This document shows, piece after piece, positions 17,769 to 30,932 of a stretch of DNA of 64,000 nucleotides. The notes beneath the pieces were generated by a model. That model saw nothing but the letters and a program-made list of their open reading frames with translations. It made no database searches and was not told where the DNA came from. Made by a program: the position numbers and the translations under genes. Each line of letters opens with the position of its first letter. Positions within the stretch are counted from its first letter, which is position 1. This stretch comes from the human T2T-CHM13v2.0 reference genome, Homo sapiens. Location: the NCBI RefSeq assembly GCF_009914755.1, contig NC_060931.1, one strand, 5' to 3'.

Positions 17769-20430
17769 AAAGTGTGTGGGGGTTTCCCAACACCCCTCCT
17801 CAGGTGAGGGCAGTGTAGTAAACAGTGACGATGGGTAGGGCAGGGGATCAGAAAGGGTAGGGGAGGACAGGGGTTGGGTTAGGGCCAGGCCGGGTCTTGC
17901 CCATGGGTAGCAGGGGTCCTGAAGGAGGGGCCATTGACGTGTGTCCAGGTCTGTATGCTGCATTGTGTGGGGGAAAGGGAGAGTGTGATCATTCAGCAGA
18001 GCAGTGGGCTCAGGGGGTGGTCGAGGGGTGGGGGTTGAGGGCAGGTGATCCTGGGTTCAGTCGCTCACCTCCGGTCTGCAGGCCCCAGGTGGCAGGAGGC
18101 CATTCACTGGAGGCCAGAGACAGGTGGTGCTCTCGAGGGTGCTGATGCCCTCATGCGGTGGGACCCCCAGGAAGCCTGCCAGTGCCTTTGGATGCTCAAT
18201 GCTGGGGTTCTTCCCACTCAATGTTGGTCATTTTGCAGCTGAAGAAACTGAAGCATAGGGAGACCAGGCCCCCTCCCTAAACTTCCTGTGGTAGCCTTGG
18301 CTCTGGGCAAGCAGTCAGGGAGACCCCAGCTGTGCTCCACCTTGCTCAGTGTGGAGGTGACAGTGAGGGCTGGGCGAGATGAGCGGGGGATGGCAAGGAT
18401 CACACGCACCCCTTTGAGAACAGGTCGTAAGGAACTTCTTAGCTCCTGGGGTCACAGCCCCTTTATCTAGTGGCCAAGGGGTACTTTTGTGGGGCCTGCC
18501 ACCCCATATACAGCTGTGCCCAGGCCTCCACCTTGCCTCTGGCACCTGCCTTCACGTGTGGAGCACGAGATACTGCCTGGGGATCCTTGGGGATCACACG
18601 TGGTGAGCCAAGCCACCTGCCTATGAAAAGGAGAAAAGGAAGAAGATGGAAGAGGAGCAGGGGAGAAGGGGGTTAGGGTCAGGGGAGGGGAGAGGTGGCC
18701 TGGGTCTGCACAGAGCTGCAGTGGTGGGACTGAGGGTGGCCCCACTCTCAAGGGCCAAGTAGGGTTGTGGTATCCCTATCTCCCAGTGCCCTCCCTTGGG
18801 GTCTGGCTCCTGCCCTGCTTCTCTCTTCTGCCTTCAGACATTTGGGATAAACTCCAAACAGCAGACCATGGCCTTTAAGATCTAGCCCCCAGGGTCCCCA
18901 CTCTCCTTTCTCATCCATGTCTCCAGGGCCCTCTCCCCTCTGAGGGGACCCTCCCAGGGACCCAAACTAAGCCCAGCCTGCTCCCCGGGCCCTGTGGAGT
19001 CCACCAGAGCCCAGTCCTCCCTGAGTCATGATGGCAGAGTCCTTTATCTTTTGTCACTACACGGGAAATGTGGGGTGTCAGTGGCCTGTGTTGCTCACAA
19101 AGGTCCTGAACACGGGAGTGGCTGCCTGTGGCAGGTAGATCCAGGCTGAAGCAGAGGCGGCCGTCCACTTTCTGCCCCGATGCCTCCCGGCCACCAGACA
19201 CACTGCCTGCCTTCCACTTAGCAGAGGTTCAACACAGTGTCCATCACCACCTCTAAGTCCACAGGCTTGTGTTTGGCAACAACAGTGACCTGTTGACCAG
19301 GCCTGGGGTCTGGAGCCTGCACTACTGTGCCCACCACTGGGTGGTGCCCTCTGGACAGGTGTCCCTCTCGGAAAGCTGAACCCAGGCTCTGAGCCCGAAG
19401 GAAGGGTGGGGGCCTGGGAGGGCTTCATGGCAGGTGGAGCGAGGTGGGATGGGGTGAGGAGTGACATGAGGGGGCCCTCCCAAGCCAGGGGCAGGGGGTC
19501 TCTGATCACACCCCCAGGGACCCCTGCACCCCACCTCTTGGCAGGAGGATGGACAGCTCCTTGAACTGAACCCCAATGGCTGGGGGTCCTTTTTCTCTTT
19601 TTCCTTCCTTACCCTAGTCCTGGAACCCACGGTCTCTAATGCTGAAATTCCCAAATCACAACAGCTTGTGCATCCGCAGGAAGCTCTTCTTGTCCTCCTG
19701 TTCTGAGGGAGCGGGGACTCTCCCACACCAGCCGCCCTGGTGTAGATCGCATGGGCTCCACGCTGTCCTGCCTACCCGCTCAGCAGGGCTCTGTGTCCTG
19801 GGGTGAACCTATGGCCGCGTCTTCCCGCAGAGAGTGGGTGGTGTTGCCTCCTCTTTCACGTGTGGGGCCATCAGCCCACATTTCTGTAATGCCTAACCCA
19901 TCGCTAACCAAAAGTCAGACATGGCGCTGCGGAGATGCTCACCTTCAGGTTCTGGCACCTTCCACCTGCCTTGGTTTCCTCAGCTGTCATGTGGGGTATG
20001 GGTAGGATGCACCTCAGGCATTGTTCAGGGCAGTGCTTCTCAAACTCACCCCCAAAGCCTCCACCCCCAACCCCCCCCCGAGGGGTTCTGATCCTGTTGG
20101 GGAGGGGAAGATGGGAAATTGCACCTCTGATCTACTCAGGTGTTGGTGGCTTCCACTGGAACCCCAACGTGAGACCACCTCTGAAGACTAAACCCACTGC
20201 TACATGCTCCAGTGCCAGCGGCAGGTGACATTCCCAGGGAATCAGCAAACCCTGCAAAGCAGACATGACGGTGGCCTTAAGTTAGGGCTCTTTTTTTTTC
20301 TCCAAGACACAAAAATGACTAACCTTTAGAAACGGGAATATTTATCTTGAACACAGAGAGGACCCTGAAACCCTGCAGGCCTGCCTTGAGCACCCAAAGT
20401 ACACTTCCTCCATGTCCTTTCCGAGTGCAC

Positions 20431-20943
20431 CTGTCAGTCTCTCTCCCTCCCTGTCCCTCCAGTGTCCATCTCTAAGACCCTGAGTCCCTCTCCCTCCCTT
20501 TCCCTCCTGTGTCCATCTCTGAGTGTCCCTCTCCCCCCGACCCTCCCATGTCCATCTCTGAGTGTCCCTCTCCCTCCCTGACCCTCCCATGTTCACCTCT
20601 GAGTGTCCCTCTCCCTCCCTGTCCCCTCATCTGAGTGTCCCTCTCCCTCCCTGTCCCCTCAGTGTCCCTCTCCCTCCCTGTCCCATCTGAGTGTCCCTCT
20701 CCCTCCCTTTCCCTCCTGTGTCCATCTGAGTGTCCCTCTCCCTCCCTGTCCCTTCCACGTCCCTCTGTGTCCCTCCCTCCCTGTCCCTCCCGTGTCCATC
20801 TCTGTGTCTCCCTCCCTCCCTGTCCCTCCTGTGTCCATCTCTAAGTCCCTCTCCCTCCTTGTGCCTCCTGTGTCCCTGAGTGTCCCTCTCCCTCCTTGTC
20901 CCTCCTGGGTCCCTCTCTGAGTGTCCCTCTTCCTCCCTGTCTC
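20431..20943. repeat. CT-rich minisatellite, ~39-41-bp degenerate unit gtgtccatctctgagtgtccctctccctccctgtccctcct
   Basis: About a dozen degenerate units; strong pyrimidine/purine strand asymmetry. Confidence 0.9.
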
Positions 20944-21329
20944 TGATCTCTTTGGATCTCTACTGGCCTCTCACACTGCAGCCAATGTCTCTGGTCTATC
21001 CACTCTGTCCCCACCCTGCTCCCTAGGTGCCCACTCAGCCCTGGCTGGCAGCTTTGGGTGCTGGTCTTACATCCCAAGACTGATGTTCTGCTTCCTTGGG
21101 GCGAAGGACAGGGCAATCCCTGTGAGGGGGTCAGTTCTCAGAGAAGAGATGGGCCTAGCTGACCCCCAGCTGGTGTCTTCCTCACAGTTGAGTGCATGCT
21201 TCTCAGGACTTCAGTAGAGGATTCCACTGAGCTGGGTGAAAATGAGTTTCTCTCTGTCCCCACATCATTCCCCTTTCCATGTTCCTTCCCATGGGGCTCC
21301 AGCAGCAGCCTCTGCTCCAGTCAGCTGTG

Positions 21330-21490
21330 GTTCTCAGTGTCCACCTGCCTGTCTCTCTGGTTTGGGGACAGCGTGTGCTGTGTGACTGTGATTCTCTGAT
21401 GGATCTGAGAAATGTGGATTCTCCGCTCAGCGGTTTCGTTGTTCAGATGGGAATCCCTTCCATGCTCCCGACTGTCAGGGGCTCCTCCCA
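21330..21490 (-). mobile_element. Probable ancient L1M 5'-end fragment
   Basis: tgtgactgtgattctctgatggatctgagaaatgtggatt resembles the recalled L1M 5' terminus. Confidence 0.4.
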
Positions 21491-22349
21491 GACGTGGTGG
21501 AGGCTGGAGATGTCAATGCTAGCTGGGGAAGCAGCCAGGGGCTCCCAGGCTCTGGACTTGGGTGACCCTGTCCTGAAGGTTCCTGGGAAGGGGGAGAAGG
21601 CAGGTGGGATGTGGAGGGTTGGGTTGTATCTCCACCTGGGTATTCTCCCAGAGTCAGCAGCAGAGAGCTCCCAGGTAGAGTGCCAGGTGGCCAGACTTCT
21701 GTGAGGGGTAGGCACTACCCAGGCTGAGAGCCAGGAGGGGCCAGAGATGCTTTTGGTGGGATCAGTCCTTCCTGCTGGGCCCATGGTGCTGGGATTCTCT
21801 CCAAGGGCTGCAGGCCCAGTCTTGCTCATGGCACTCACTTTCTGTTCTCCATGCAAGCCGGATGTGAGACAAGAAACTCAGACCATCTCAACTGCTTAGT
21901 GCTTTCTTCCCCCAAAGCCCTGCGATGAGGAAGTGGGCAGTGGGATAGACTGCTCATTTGGTTGTCTGACAGGTCACGAATGGGCCCACCTACAACACAG
22001 GTGGCTTGGGTGCTGCCACCAGCCACAGCCAGGAGAGCAGGTCTCTAAACCTGAGGGAACAGGCCTTGGGCACAGGCAGACTTACTGGGGAATCTGGGCT
22101 CTATCCTGGGAGTAGAGGCAGCTTCTATCCCAAATGCCTGCCCTACAGCCCTGCCCTGCCTCTGGGAAATGTGCCTGCCCTACAGTCCCACCCAGATGGG
22201 AAATGTAGGGGAAATGCAGCCTGAGTCTAGGGACTCATGGTGGCCTGAGCAGAGAGTAAGGAGTGATCCTCAAGTATGCCCCCCACCTTGGAGGACCAGG
22301 AGGGTGGAAGGGGAGTTTAAAGTGCAAAGACAGGCTCCAGGCTGGGAGT

Positions 22350-23130
22350 TCTGGAATAAATACAACTTGCAAAGGGTTGTATTCAGAACATTCCTACAAG
22401 TCAACAATAAAAGACAAACAGCTTAGTAGAATAAATGGTGAAAAATAGAAACAAAATTCACAGAAGGAACCTGAATGCCTAATAAAAATATAAATGGGAG
22501 TTCAACCTCACCATGACAAGGGAAATGCATGGGCAATCCAACTTTACACTCAGCATGACTGCAAACATTACAGAGTCCATTAAAATGGTGAGGAGCTGAG
22601 CAACAAGACCCACTCGCAGGAGGGGTACAGAGGATGCCCTGTGACCCCGCAACTCCACTCACAGGAAATGCCTAGGGAATCTCTCACACTTGAGAATGAC
22701 TGCTGCATTGTTGTAATATTGAGAAATTGGGGCCAACCTAAGTACTCACCAACAGGATGTTGTTAAATAAACTGTGATATCTACTCAATGGAATATCACA
22801 CCCCACCTAGGGGAGCAGAGGAGACTGTGTATGGACACAGACAGCTCATGAAGGTAAGGGAGAAAGAAAAGCAACTCACAAAGATACTGATTTATACGGT
22901 TTACAAATACACGTACAGTGAAAAATGACACCATCAAGCCAGGCACAGTGGTGCACACTTACAGTCCCAGCTACTTGGGAGGCTGAAGCAGGAGGATCAC
23001 TTGAGCCCAGAGGTTTGAGTCCAGTCTGGGCAACACAGGAAAAACTCTGTCTCAAAAAAAAAAAAAACTTTTAAAATGACCATATCATGGAAAATTCTGG
23101 AGAGCAGTTATCTTGGGACAGAGATGAGGC
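22350..23130 (+). mobile_element. Decayed L1ME-like 3' fragment
   Basis: ttgtattcagaa...cctacaagtcaacaataaaaagaca, gggaaatgca and aaataaactgtg motifs. Confidence 0.6.
22937..23067 (+). mobile_element. FLAM (free left Alu monomer)
   Basis: ~115-bp monomer plus A tail. Confidence 0.8.
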
Positions 23131-25959
23131 AGTTGGCGGGGCGGGGCGGGGTGGGGGGGAACAGGGGACAGGGGTGGTCACAGGAGTCCTAGCTGCTCTG
23201 AAGTCGTGAGTGGGGACAGCAGAGCCTGTTCAGGAGGCTGCTGACTGTCCAGGGCTTTGCTGAGTGCCTGGCTCTGCCAATGGGAGGTTACCAGCAGGAG
23301 AGCCTGGAGTGTCGAGGAGTCACCACGGCCCTGCACTCAGTTAATGCTCTACTGTTGCTGTCTGGATATCACTTGACTTTTGGGTGTGGTTGGTGTTGCT
23401 TTAAGTTTCTGGGGATAGCAAAAGCTTAAGAAGTGACTCTTGCCATCACATGGCTGACCACCTCTGGTGAGAACACTGGAGAATAGTTTAGGGGTGCCCG
23501 AGTTTCCCCCACTGCATAGAGCCTGGTGCCAGGGAAGACAGGCTGGACCTGGCTGTGGCCCCTTGAATGGTGGCAGGGAGACCACAGCACATCGCAGGGC
23601 CCTGAGGATGACGTGTATTTGAGGGGGCAGGGTTCTCCAGTAGCAGGTGTTGCACAGTGGGGAATGGTGGGTGCAGAGCTGGGTTAGTTTTAGCAGAGGT
23701 GTGAAGGTGATTCCTCTCTGAGCTGGAGGTGGAAGCAAATGGGAAAACGGTCTGGCATAAACAGACAAGCCCCGGGGAGGCAGACAGCGTCCACCACTAC
23801 CAGGTCCACCTGCTTTAGGTATACCTTCCTACCAGGACATGAGAGCCCACAGTGGCTGGGGTCTTGTCATCAGGCACCCTGAATGCTTTCAGGTGGATGG
23901 TTTGGATCTCTCCTCACCTGGCTGGTCAGGCCAGGGAGGACAAGCTGTGGACCTAACAGGTGACCACTGTCCAGACAAGGCCTATTCTACCTCCTTGCCT
24001 GGCTGTCCCCTCCTTAGGCCTGTTGCCCCTTCCTCTCTAGACCCTCTGCCTGCCAGGTGTGTAAGCCTTTCTGCCTGGACAGCCTCATTGAGACAGCCCT
24101 AGACTAACAGTCACCCATATTGAGCCCAAGCCCACCCTGCATGATGCCAAGCTTAGAAATGTCACCCTGGAGTCACAAAATCCCTTCTTTGCATTACCAA
24201 AAGAGGTGGTCACTCAGGGGTGCTGGAATCTTCCCCACCTTAAGGCTTAGCTCCAGTCTGTAGCCCATTCCCTGACAGGTACCTGGGTTTCCCAGCCTTT
24301 GATGACCCCAAACGCTGTCTCTTCCCTAAGGGTCACTGCCTTGGGATTTGCCTGCAGGCTAGGCACACCTGGTAAATGAGGTCTCCACACACTGGGTCAT
24401 TAGTACCCACAAGCAATCACTGTTGAGTTCATGAACTCTCAGGCTGGAGCTCAGCAGTCCCACTAGGGACCACCACTGGGGTCACAAGATGGCCTTGATC
24501 CCCAGTTATCTGGATCCCCAGTTCCCTGAACCAGAGCAGCTTCCTAAACTCCCTAGTCCAGCAGAGGTTAGGGCTCGCTTTCCCTGCTAGAGGGGCCTCC
24601 TCCAAACCCCACAGTGCCCCAACAACACTTCCTGTCCTCTGGTAGACCCTTACCTGCCTGTGTCTTGCACAAAGTGCACACTGGGAGGCAAGAGCCTGTC
24701 TCTGCAGTAAGAAGGGCTTGGGGCAGTGCTCCGCTGGCAGGCAGACAAGGCAGGCAGGGCCCCAGCCCAATGCCTGAGTCAGCAGGCTCCTAACAGCCTG
24801 AGTGACCTCCTCATAGCATGGGGTCAGTGCAGCGGCAATGTCTGGGTTGTTGAGGGTTTTGATGGGTGATCAATGCTGGAGGATCCTCCCTCTGCCTTCC
24901 CCATCCAACACAGATCATCTCCAATGTGCCAGACCTGTGCTGGGCAACAAGGTTGGCTGAGATGGCCTGAGACAGGGTCCCTTGATGAACAGTCCACTGG
25001 GAATGGGGCCTGCAGTGGCCCTGGATGATTTCAGTATCTGCCACTCACCTTGGTCATGATGCCACAGAGAGTGTGGCATGGCCAGGACTGTACCTGGGGC
25101 AGATGGTCTTGCTCTTTGGTTCTGGGGAGGAGCGCAAAGTGACTGGGCTCAGGTGAAGGAGCTGTTGGCTTATGAGGAGGCTGCTCCAAGAAGCAAATAG
25201 GAGACAAGGAACCACTGGCCTGCAGATGGGGCAGGATCCTGGACCTGGGCCCCCCGAGTCACCAGCCACATGGCCTTGGGAGTGTTACTTACTCCTGTGA
25301 TTGTAGCACAATGAGGGGTTAGACTACAAAGTCCCTCAGGCCCTGACCAGCTCTGGGGAAGAAGGCCTAGGACTGAGAGAGGCAGCAGGGAGGCTGGCCA
25401 GGGTCACCTCCCAGGTCCAGGCAGCTTTCCTGCAAGTGTTTCCTAAGCTGTCCTTCTCCAGGGAGAATAGCCTCAGCCCTGCCTGACAGGAGGCGGCATA
25501 CACCTGAGCGCCTGACAGTACCCTCGTGAACCTGCCTGAGGGTGGCCACATTCCCACACCCCATGTGTGCCTATCTCCATCAGCACTGAGAAGACAGCAA
25601 ACGCCAGCTTGCCAGGGGTTTACCCAGAAAGCCCAGCGCATACCCCCAGAGTGTTGTGGCAGACCTGTGCCAGCTGGGTTCAGTGACAGTTCATCCTGCC
25701 ATGGGCTCTGGTCTCCCCATCACCCTCTGAGGGGGAAGCAGGAAGTTGTGAGGGGTAGCCGGGCCTGACCTCTCTTCCCTGGCACGATGCTGTCTCCCTG
25801 TGCAAAGTGGGGACTTCAGGCATTTGGTGTGGAGGAATGGGTGGTGGGATTGAAAACCCCTACCAGACCCCTGTCACACCAAGGAGCCCAGCGATGGGGG
25901 GGTTTCTTCCCTCCCTCTGAGGTAAGACCAATCTGTTAAACTTTCAGTACTAAAAAATA

Positions 25960-26110
25960 AAACCGAGTGGGAGGAAGGTGAGGACTGAAAAACTACATAT
26001 CAGGTATCATGCTGATTACCTGGGTGACAAAATTATCTGTACACCAAACCCCTATGATCCAATTTACCCATGTAACAACCCTTGAACCTAAAGTTGGAAA
26101 GAAAAAAAAA
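25960..26110 (+). mobile_element. Short L1PA/L1PB 3'-end fragment
   Basis: gaaaaactac...tacctgggtgacaaaattatctgtacaccaaaccc...A tail. Confidence 0.75.
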
Positions 26111-26769
26111 GGTAAAATTAACAAATCCATATTAGTGTGAGCTGGGTGAGTAGTTTAGTCTGAAATGACAGAATATTCATTTTTCGTCTCTCTGAGATAG
26201 TGACCACACTGTCCTCACCAGGACTGGCAGGGGAAGCCCCGGGGCTTTGTGACCCTGTCCCTATGGGGCACCCTGGCGTCCAGTGGGCACTCCCCAGGGC
26301 AGCAGCCTGGTTTAAATGCCTGTTCCCCAGACCCCACAGTCAGACGGTAGAGAGGAGCCTCAGGGACATAGCCCAGTTCTTCAGGACCGTGGGCCACATG
26401 GGCTGCTTGACCTCTGACCACCAAGGAGGGAGTTTCTCAAGGACTGGCCAGGTTCTGTGCTGACAACTTCGTGCTTTTCATCGACAAAGCGAGTCATGCT
26501 GTCCCTTCCCCAGCTGAGCTGGCTGCCAACAGGCCCAGTGGAGAGCAGATTTGAGGTGGGGGTGAGGTCTGTTCCCCAAGCGCAGTGTTCTGGGCAGTGA
26601 GTTCTCTGTGCAGCAGCTGACGCCTCTTGGACACATTTCCACACAAAACACTTCTCAACTGTTCTCCCTCCTGCACTCTTCAGGGGCAAATACGCCTCTC
26701 CTTTCTGGCGGGTTATTTCTGGCCCTGGGAGTATGCTAGGCAATTCTAAGGATTGCCTTTGAAACAGTC

Positions 26770-26775
26770 TTTATT
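26770..26775 (-). promoter_or_regulatory. Candidate distal polyadenylation signal AATAAA
   Basis: tttatt on the plus strand, ~3.0 kb after the stop; hexamer evidence only. Confidence 0.4.
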
Positions 26776-27370
26776 CAGCCAAGTACTTCTCACACCCCTA
26801 GGTCCTGTCCCCAGGGGTGAGCAGGGTCAGAGGAGGCTGGAGATGGGGTGGGCACAGAGAAGGAGAGTCAAAGATCTGACTGAGGAAGAAGCAGGTGGCC
26901 AGCCACCTGGGAGACTTCTGTGTCAGACACGGCGTTATGTCCTGGAGGAAGCCCATTGCGAGGGCTCAGCAAAGTTAACAGCAGGTATGCACCTGGAGAC
27001 CAAGGAGGGCCTTGGAGCCTGGTGGGCAAAGGTGGCCCTTCAGTGGAATCATTCCCAACTCTGCACTCACCCTAAGCTTTCCAGTAACTACAGAATTCCA
27101 GAACCTGTTTGAAAGGATGTAAGATCTATAGCTACATTCTTTTTCTCCCCACTGGTCAAAATCTTACAGGATTTCTAAAGCTGTATTGAGATCTTGCCCA
27201 GTGCATTCAGACCAGATGGGAAACAACCCCTAAGAATTCCCCATGCTGGTGTTTGCTGTGTACGTTGGCCTGGGACCTCAAGGCTAGAATGCAACAATAA
27301 TGACCATGCACAGACAGAACTGTCTCAGCAGCAAATGTCACACGCAGACCCAGAACTGCTTAAATACCAA

Positions 27371-27376
27371 TTTATT
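27371..27376 (-). promoter_or_regulatory. Candidate polyadenylation signal AATAAA with GU-rich downstream element
   Basis: tttatt on the plus strand; minus strand downstream reads ...gggtctgcgtgtgacatttgc...ttctgtctgtgc. Confidence 0.6.
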
Positions 27377-27769
27377 GCAAACCAACACCAAGGAGCTGGA
27401 ATAGCTTTGCAGGCTGGACACCTCACTCTCCTCGGGCCCTGGACAAGGGAAATGAGTCACCCCGCTTTCCTCGGACCTCAGCTGGTGGGACTTAGTGGCT
27501 GGCCAAACTGCGGCTGTTGTGTCTAAAAAGAGAAAACAGGCAGGGTGTGCCAGCTCTGGAGACTGGGCCAGTCCAGGGTGGTGGCTCAGGGCAGAGAATC
27601 ACCCACCAGACAGCGTGGCTCAACGGGAGCAAGGCGCGCAGGGACAGGCTCCACAACCACACCAAGCACCGCAGTGTGGCACCGGGACCAGATGCAAGTG
27701 GCTGTTCCTGCCATGGGGCCAATACCCAATACTATCCCTCAGTCATTCTTCCTAGATATTGGTTTGCTG

Positions 27770-27775
27770 TTTATT
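27770..27775 (-). promoter_or_regulatory. Candidate proximal polyadenylation signal AATAAA
   Basis: tttatt on the plus strand; U-rich sequence upstream on the minus strand; ~2.0 kb after the stop. Confidence 0.55.
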
Positions 27776-29776
27776 AAAGCAGGGCAGGGAGTGGGGAGAA
27801 ATGCAACACAGAATATAAAATCAGGCAAAACAAACACTAGTCACCATGGAAGTGAATGACTCTCAAAGTCTCCCAAATAACAAGGTGTAGGGCATCTCAC
27901 ACCACTGCATCACTTCTGGAAGACTACCCACAGGGTGGGGGCTGCAATGGGGGCCAACTCGGGAACTATAGAGAAGAGAGGAGACACACACCACAAGACC
28001 TCCTTTCATTAGGCAGGAAAGCTCTTGTGGGACAGTGGTGTGCAAATCCTAGGACCTCAATGGGAAGAACTCCAGGAAAAAAAATGACAAGTCTTTCTCA
28101 GGACCCCTCATAGATGACAAGAATTCTGCTCCCCAGGGTCGAGATCTCTTTAGAGGGGCTTCACCAGCTCAGTGGCAAATATCAGACAACAAGACTCTCA
28201 CATTCCAAAGGGGGTATCTAGGGCCTTTTGCTCTCCTGTGATGATCGGAGCAACATGTTTGGACCCACAGAAGACTTCCCAGGAATGCTTTCTTACAAGG
28301 GGTGTCAGCCACCACTGTAAACCAGAAACAAACCACAAACTTACTCTCCAAGAGAGCCCCCACAACCCAAGTATCCACAGAGAGTGTGCAGGAGCGGGGA
28401 CCTTCCCCTGACAATAGGCTCTCTTAGCATCTGCGGGCCTTGATTCTTGCTGGCCGTGCATGGTGCCAGGGTGCACTGCCCTGCTGTGTGGCTTATCCAT
28501 GCTCTGAGCTTGACAGACAGGCAAATGGACAGTGCCGGTGGCAGCTGAACCATACTCCCGGCGATGGGCACCCAGAGCCCCTGTGAGTACTTGGAACACA
28601 GGCCTGAGGACCTGTCTCATAATCTCGTCTTTGCACCTTGGCTGGAGTCAGTCAGCAGCCATGGCTCAGGGCATAGGCTTGGGGGTCCTGAGGCAGTGAC
28701 CAGTCCCTGGAGAACAGGTAAGATTGGGCCATAAGTTCCAAGGAGCACAGTCTGGCACCTGGCACAGAGGATGGGAAGAGGGGAGTCTTCACTCTCTTCT
28801 GGTTCAGTTGTGGTGGGACAGTGTGCCTTCACGCCCCATGCAGAAATTCCTCCTCTCCCAGAAGCCCTTCAAGGTCAAAGCTTCTCAGGACTTGTGGCTG
28901 TCGAGCTCTGCTGAGCTGATGGACATGCTGTGGTCTCCTCCTGAGGGCACCAGCTCTCCACTCCTGCCCACACTTTGACACCGTGCACCCAAAGAGGACG
29001 TCTTATGGGGAGCCAAGCACAGCATGCCATGCGTGGTGGCCGGGCTTGGTTCACTTCAACAAGAACCAAAGCAAGGTCGCCACAGTCAGAGAACAGAATC
29101 CCCGCTGCATCTGGACCTGAGCCCAGAACCTAGGCTTTCTCCGAACAACCAGAACGTGCAAACAGGGCTCCAGTCTCCACTGCTCTGACCATGAGGCTGA
29201 GGCAGGCAAAGCACATTTATAAGGGGATGAGCAAGAAGACCACGTGAATGCTCTCAAAAGAGGTCAAGGGGCAAGGAGTTTCCCAGAGCAGCCTCAGGCA
29301 CAGCCATTCCTTGCTTGCCCTCATGCAAGCACAGAGCTTCACACACTTCAATGACTTCAGCTTCGCCTGAGAGTCCAGCAACAACTCCACATCCCAACCA
29401 GAAGACATGCAAGCAGAATAGCGTCAAAACAACAGCAAGCAGAGAGCAGGGGAGGAAAGACATGCTGCCTGCAGTGGCTGGTTGCTGTGGAGACAAAAGC
29501 ATGTGATCCCAATTTGCTGGGATATCCTCTCCTGCATTTCAAACACCTTCACTCAGTGTCAGCCACAGCGGCCACCACATAGCAGCTGGCCCCGCACCTT
29601 CTCTGGAACAGTCTGGAGATGCAAGGTCAGGGTGGAAGGCCTGGTTCACCCTTGAAAGAAAGGATGGCTAGGGGTAAACAAGACGAGCAAGTCCCTGGAA
29701 TGCAGGGAGCCAAGAAGGGCAGCCGAGGATAAGGCTCTGCCTCCCCACCGGCGAGGGTTTCCTTTCCTTCTGGTCA

Positions 29777-29887
29777 TTAAAACTGCACAGCCCCCGGGGA
29801 GATGTTGAACATGGCAGGGTCGAATCGCTGGCCTCGGAAGGGAGAACCTTCAGCATCCCACCCCTTCTTCAGCATCTCATGGACTTT
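29777..29887 (-). CDS. NUDCD3: NUDCD3 last coding exon, KVHEMLKKGWDAEGSPFRGQRFDPAMFNISPGAVQF*
   Basis: Acceptor ctctattttctgtttgtag|AAA, 36 codons, then TAA at 29779-29777. Matches the recalled NUDCD3 C-terminus. This frame is missing from the supplied ORF track. Confidence 0.96.
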   Translation of the reverse strand, partial: KVHEMLKKGWDAEGSPFRGQRFDPAMFNISPGAVQF

Positions 29888-30932
29888 CTACAAACAGAAA
29901 ATAGAGAGATTAAAGGGGATCACAACGCACTGTGTACTTTCTCCCAGAGCAGACTCTGACTGCAGGTAGAGAGCCTTCTTGCTTCCTCAGGGCTCAGGCA
30001 CTTGCCTGGCAAGACCGGCTGGCCAGAGAACTGTACTACCCTGGAGCAGCCTTCGACCAAGGGAGGTACTGGGTGCCTGCCAATTTCTCTCCAAGACTGC
30101 TCCACAGACTGAATTTCTAACCCTCCATCTTCTGTCCCCAGCAAGCACTGGCTCCTCTTTATGGTTCATCTTGTCCCTTTTCCACCAGGATCTCTGTCCA
30201 AATTCCAAACACCCTGCAACATCTATGGTCCCACCAGGCACTGACTAAGGCATTAAGAGGGAGTGTCCCAGCCCACCAGGGTTGTAGAGAAGGTGCGTAG
30301 AGAAAGTGCTCAAGCCCCACCTGAGTCATGACTAAGGTGTGCAGAGGAGATACCCTAGCACCCCAGTTATCAGCATCAAGAACTATATCATCAGACAATC
30401 CAGGGTTGACCCAGGATGTGGCACGGAGGAAGAAACCTCAGAATGTCCAGTGGTAGACCCGTCAGTCAGGAATTCCCCACTGCATCCTTGCAGATGCAGT
30501 CAGAGCTGGTTGACTAAGCCCTCGCCAACGTGTGGCCATTCTGGAACTATCTAGCCTCCAAGGATCAGAAGCAAGGCTCAGTGTGTGGCCATGGCAGGGG
30601 ACATCAGGGAGATTGGACCCTGAGGGAAGCATCTGTACCTGGGCTGGCAGGCCCTCTTCTCCTCAAAGGGACTCTATATCTGCCCTCCTCACCTGGCCAC
30701 CATGAGTACACTGAGGGCTAGGGATGATCTCTCCTTCCTTCTAACCTTCTGACCACAAGAGACAAAAGAGACTATGTAGGGCCAGTAGTTATTCTACCAA
30801 TATGATCCACAGTCCCTGTTGCACAAAACCCTGTAGCATAGGCCCAGAAAACGAGGCTGTGGGATTCTCAGCACCAGGGCTTCTCCTTAAATAAAACATA
30901 ATCTTCCTAACAAGAGGGTTTTCTTTTTCCTG

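Larger units (their letters stand above)
27350..29776 (-). other. NUDCD3: NUDCD3 3' UTR (minimum extent; may be longer)
   Basis: Repeat-free sequence downstream of the stop codon, running to AATAAA signals. Confidence 0.75.

Noticed and set aside
20603-20920. Ser/Pro/Cys-rich repetitive ORFs
   Set aside because: Translation of the CT-rich minisatellite.
20431-20943. Repeat array as a possible CRISPR-like structure
   Set aside because: Degenerate contiguous units with no unique spacers, in a primate genomic context.
17000-29700. Dense overlapping short ORFs in GC-rich unique DNA and the 3' UTR
   Set aside because: No recognisable domains and no consistent exon chain; expected by chance at this GC content.
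29884-29890. Alternative acceptor 4 nt downstream (tag|AAAG|) in the last exon
   Set aside because: Would frameshift to a stop after four codons; nothing in the sequence shows it is used.
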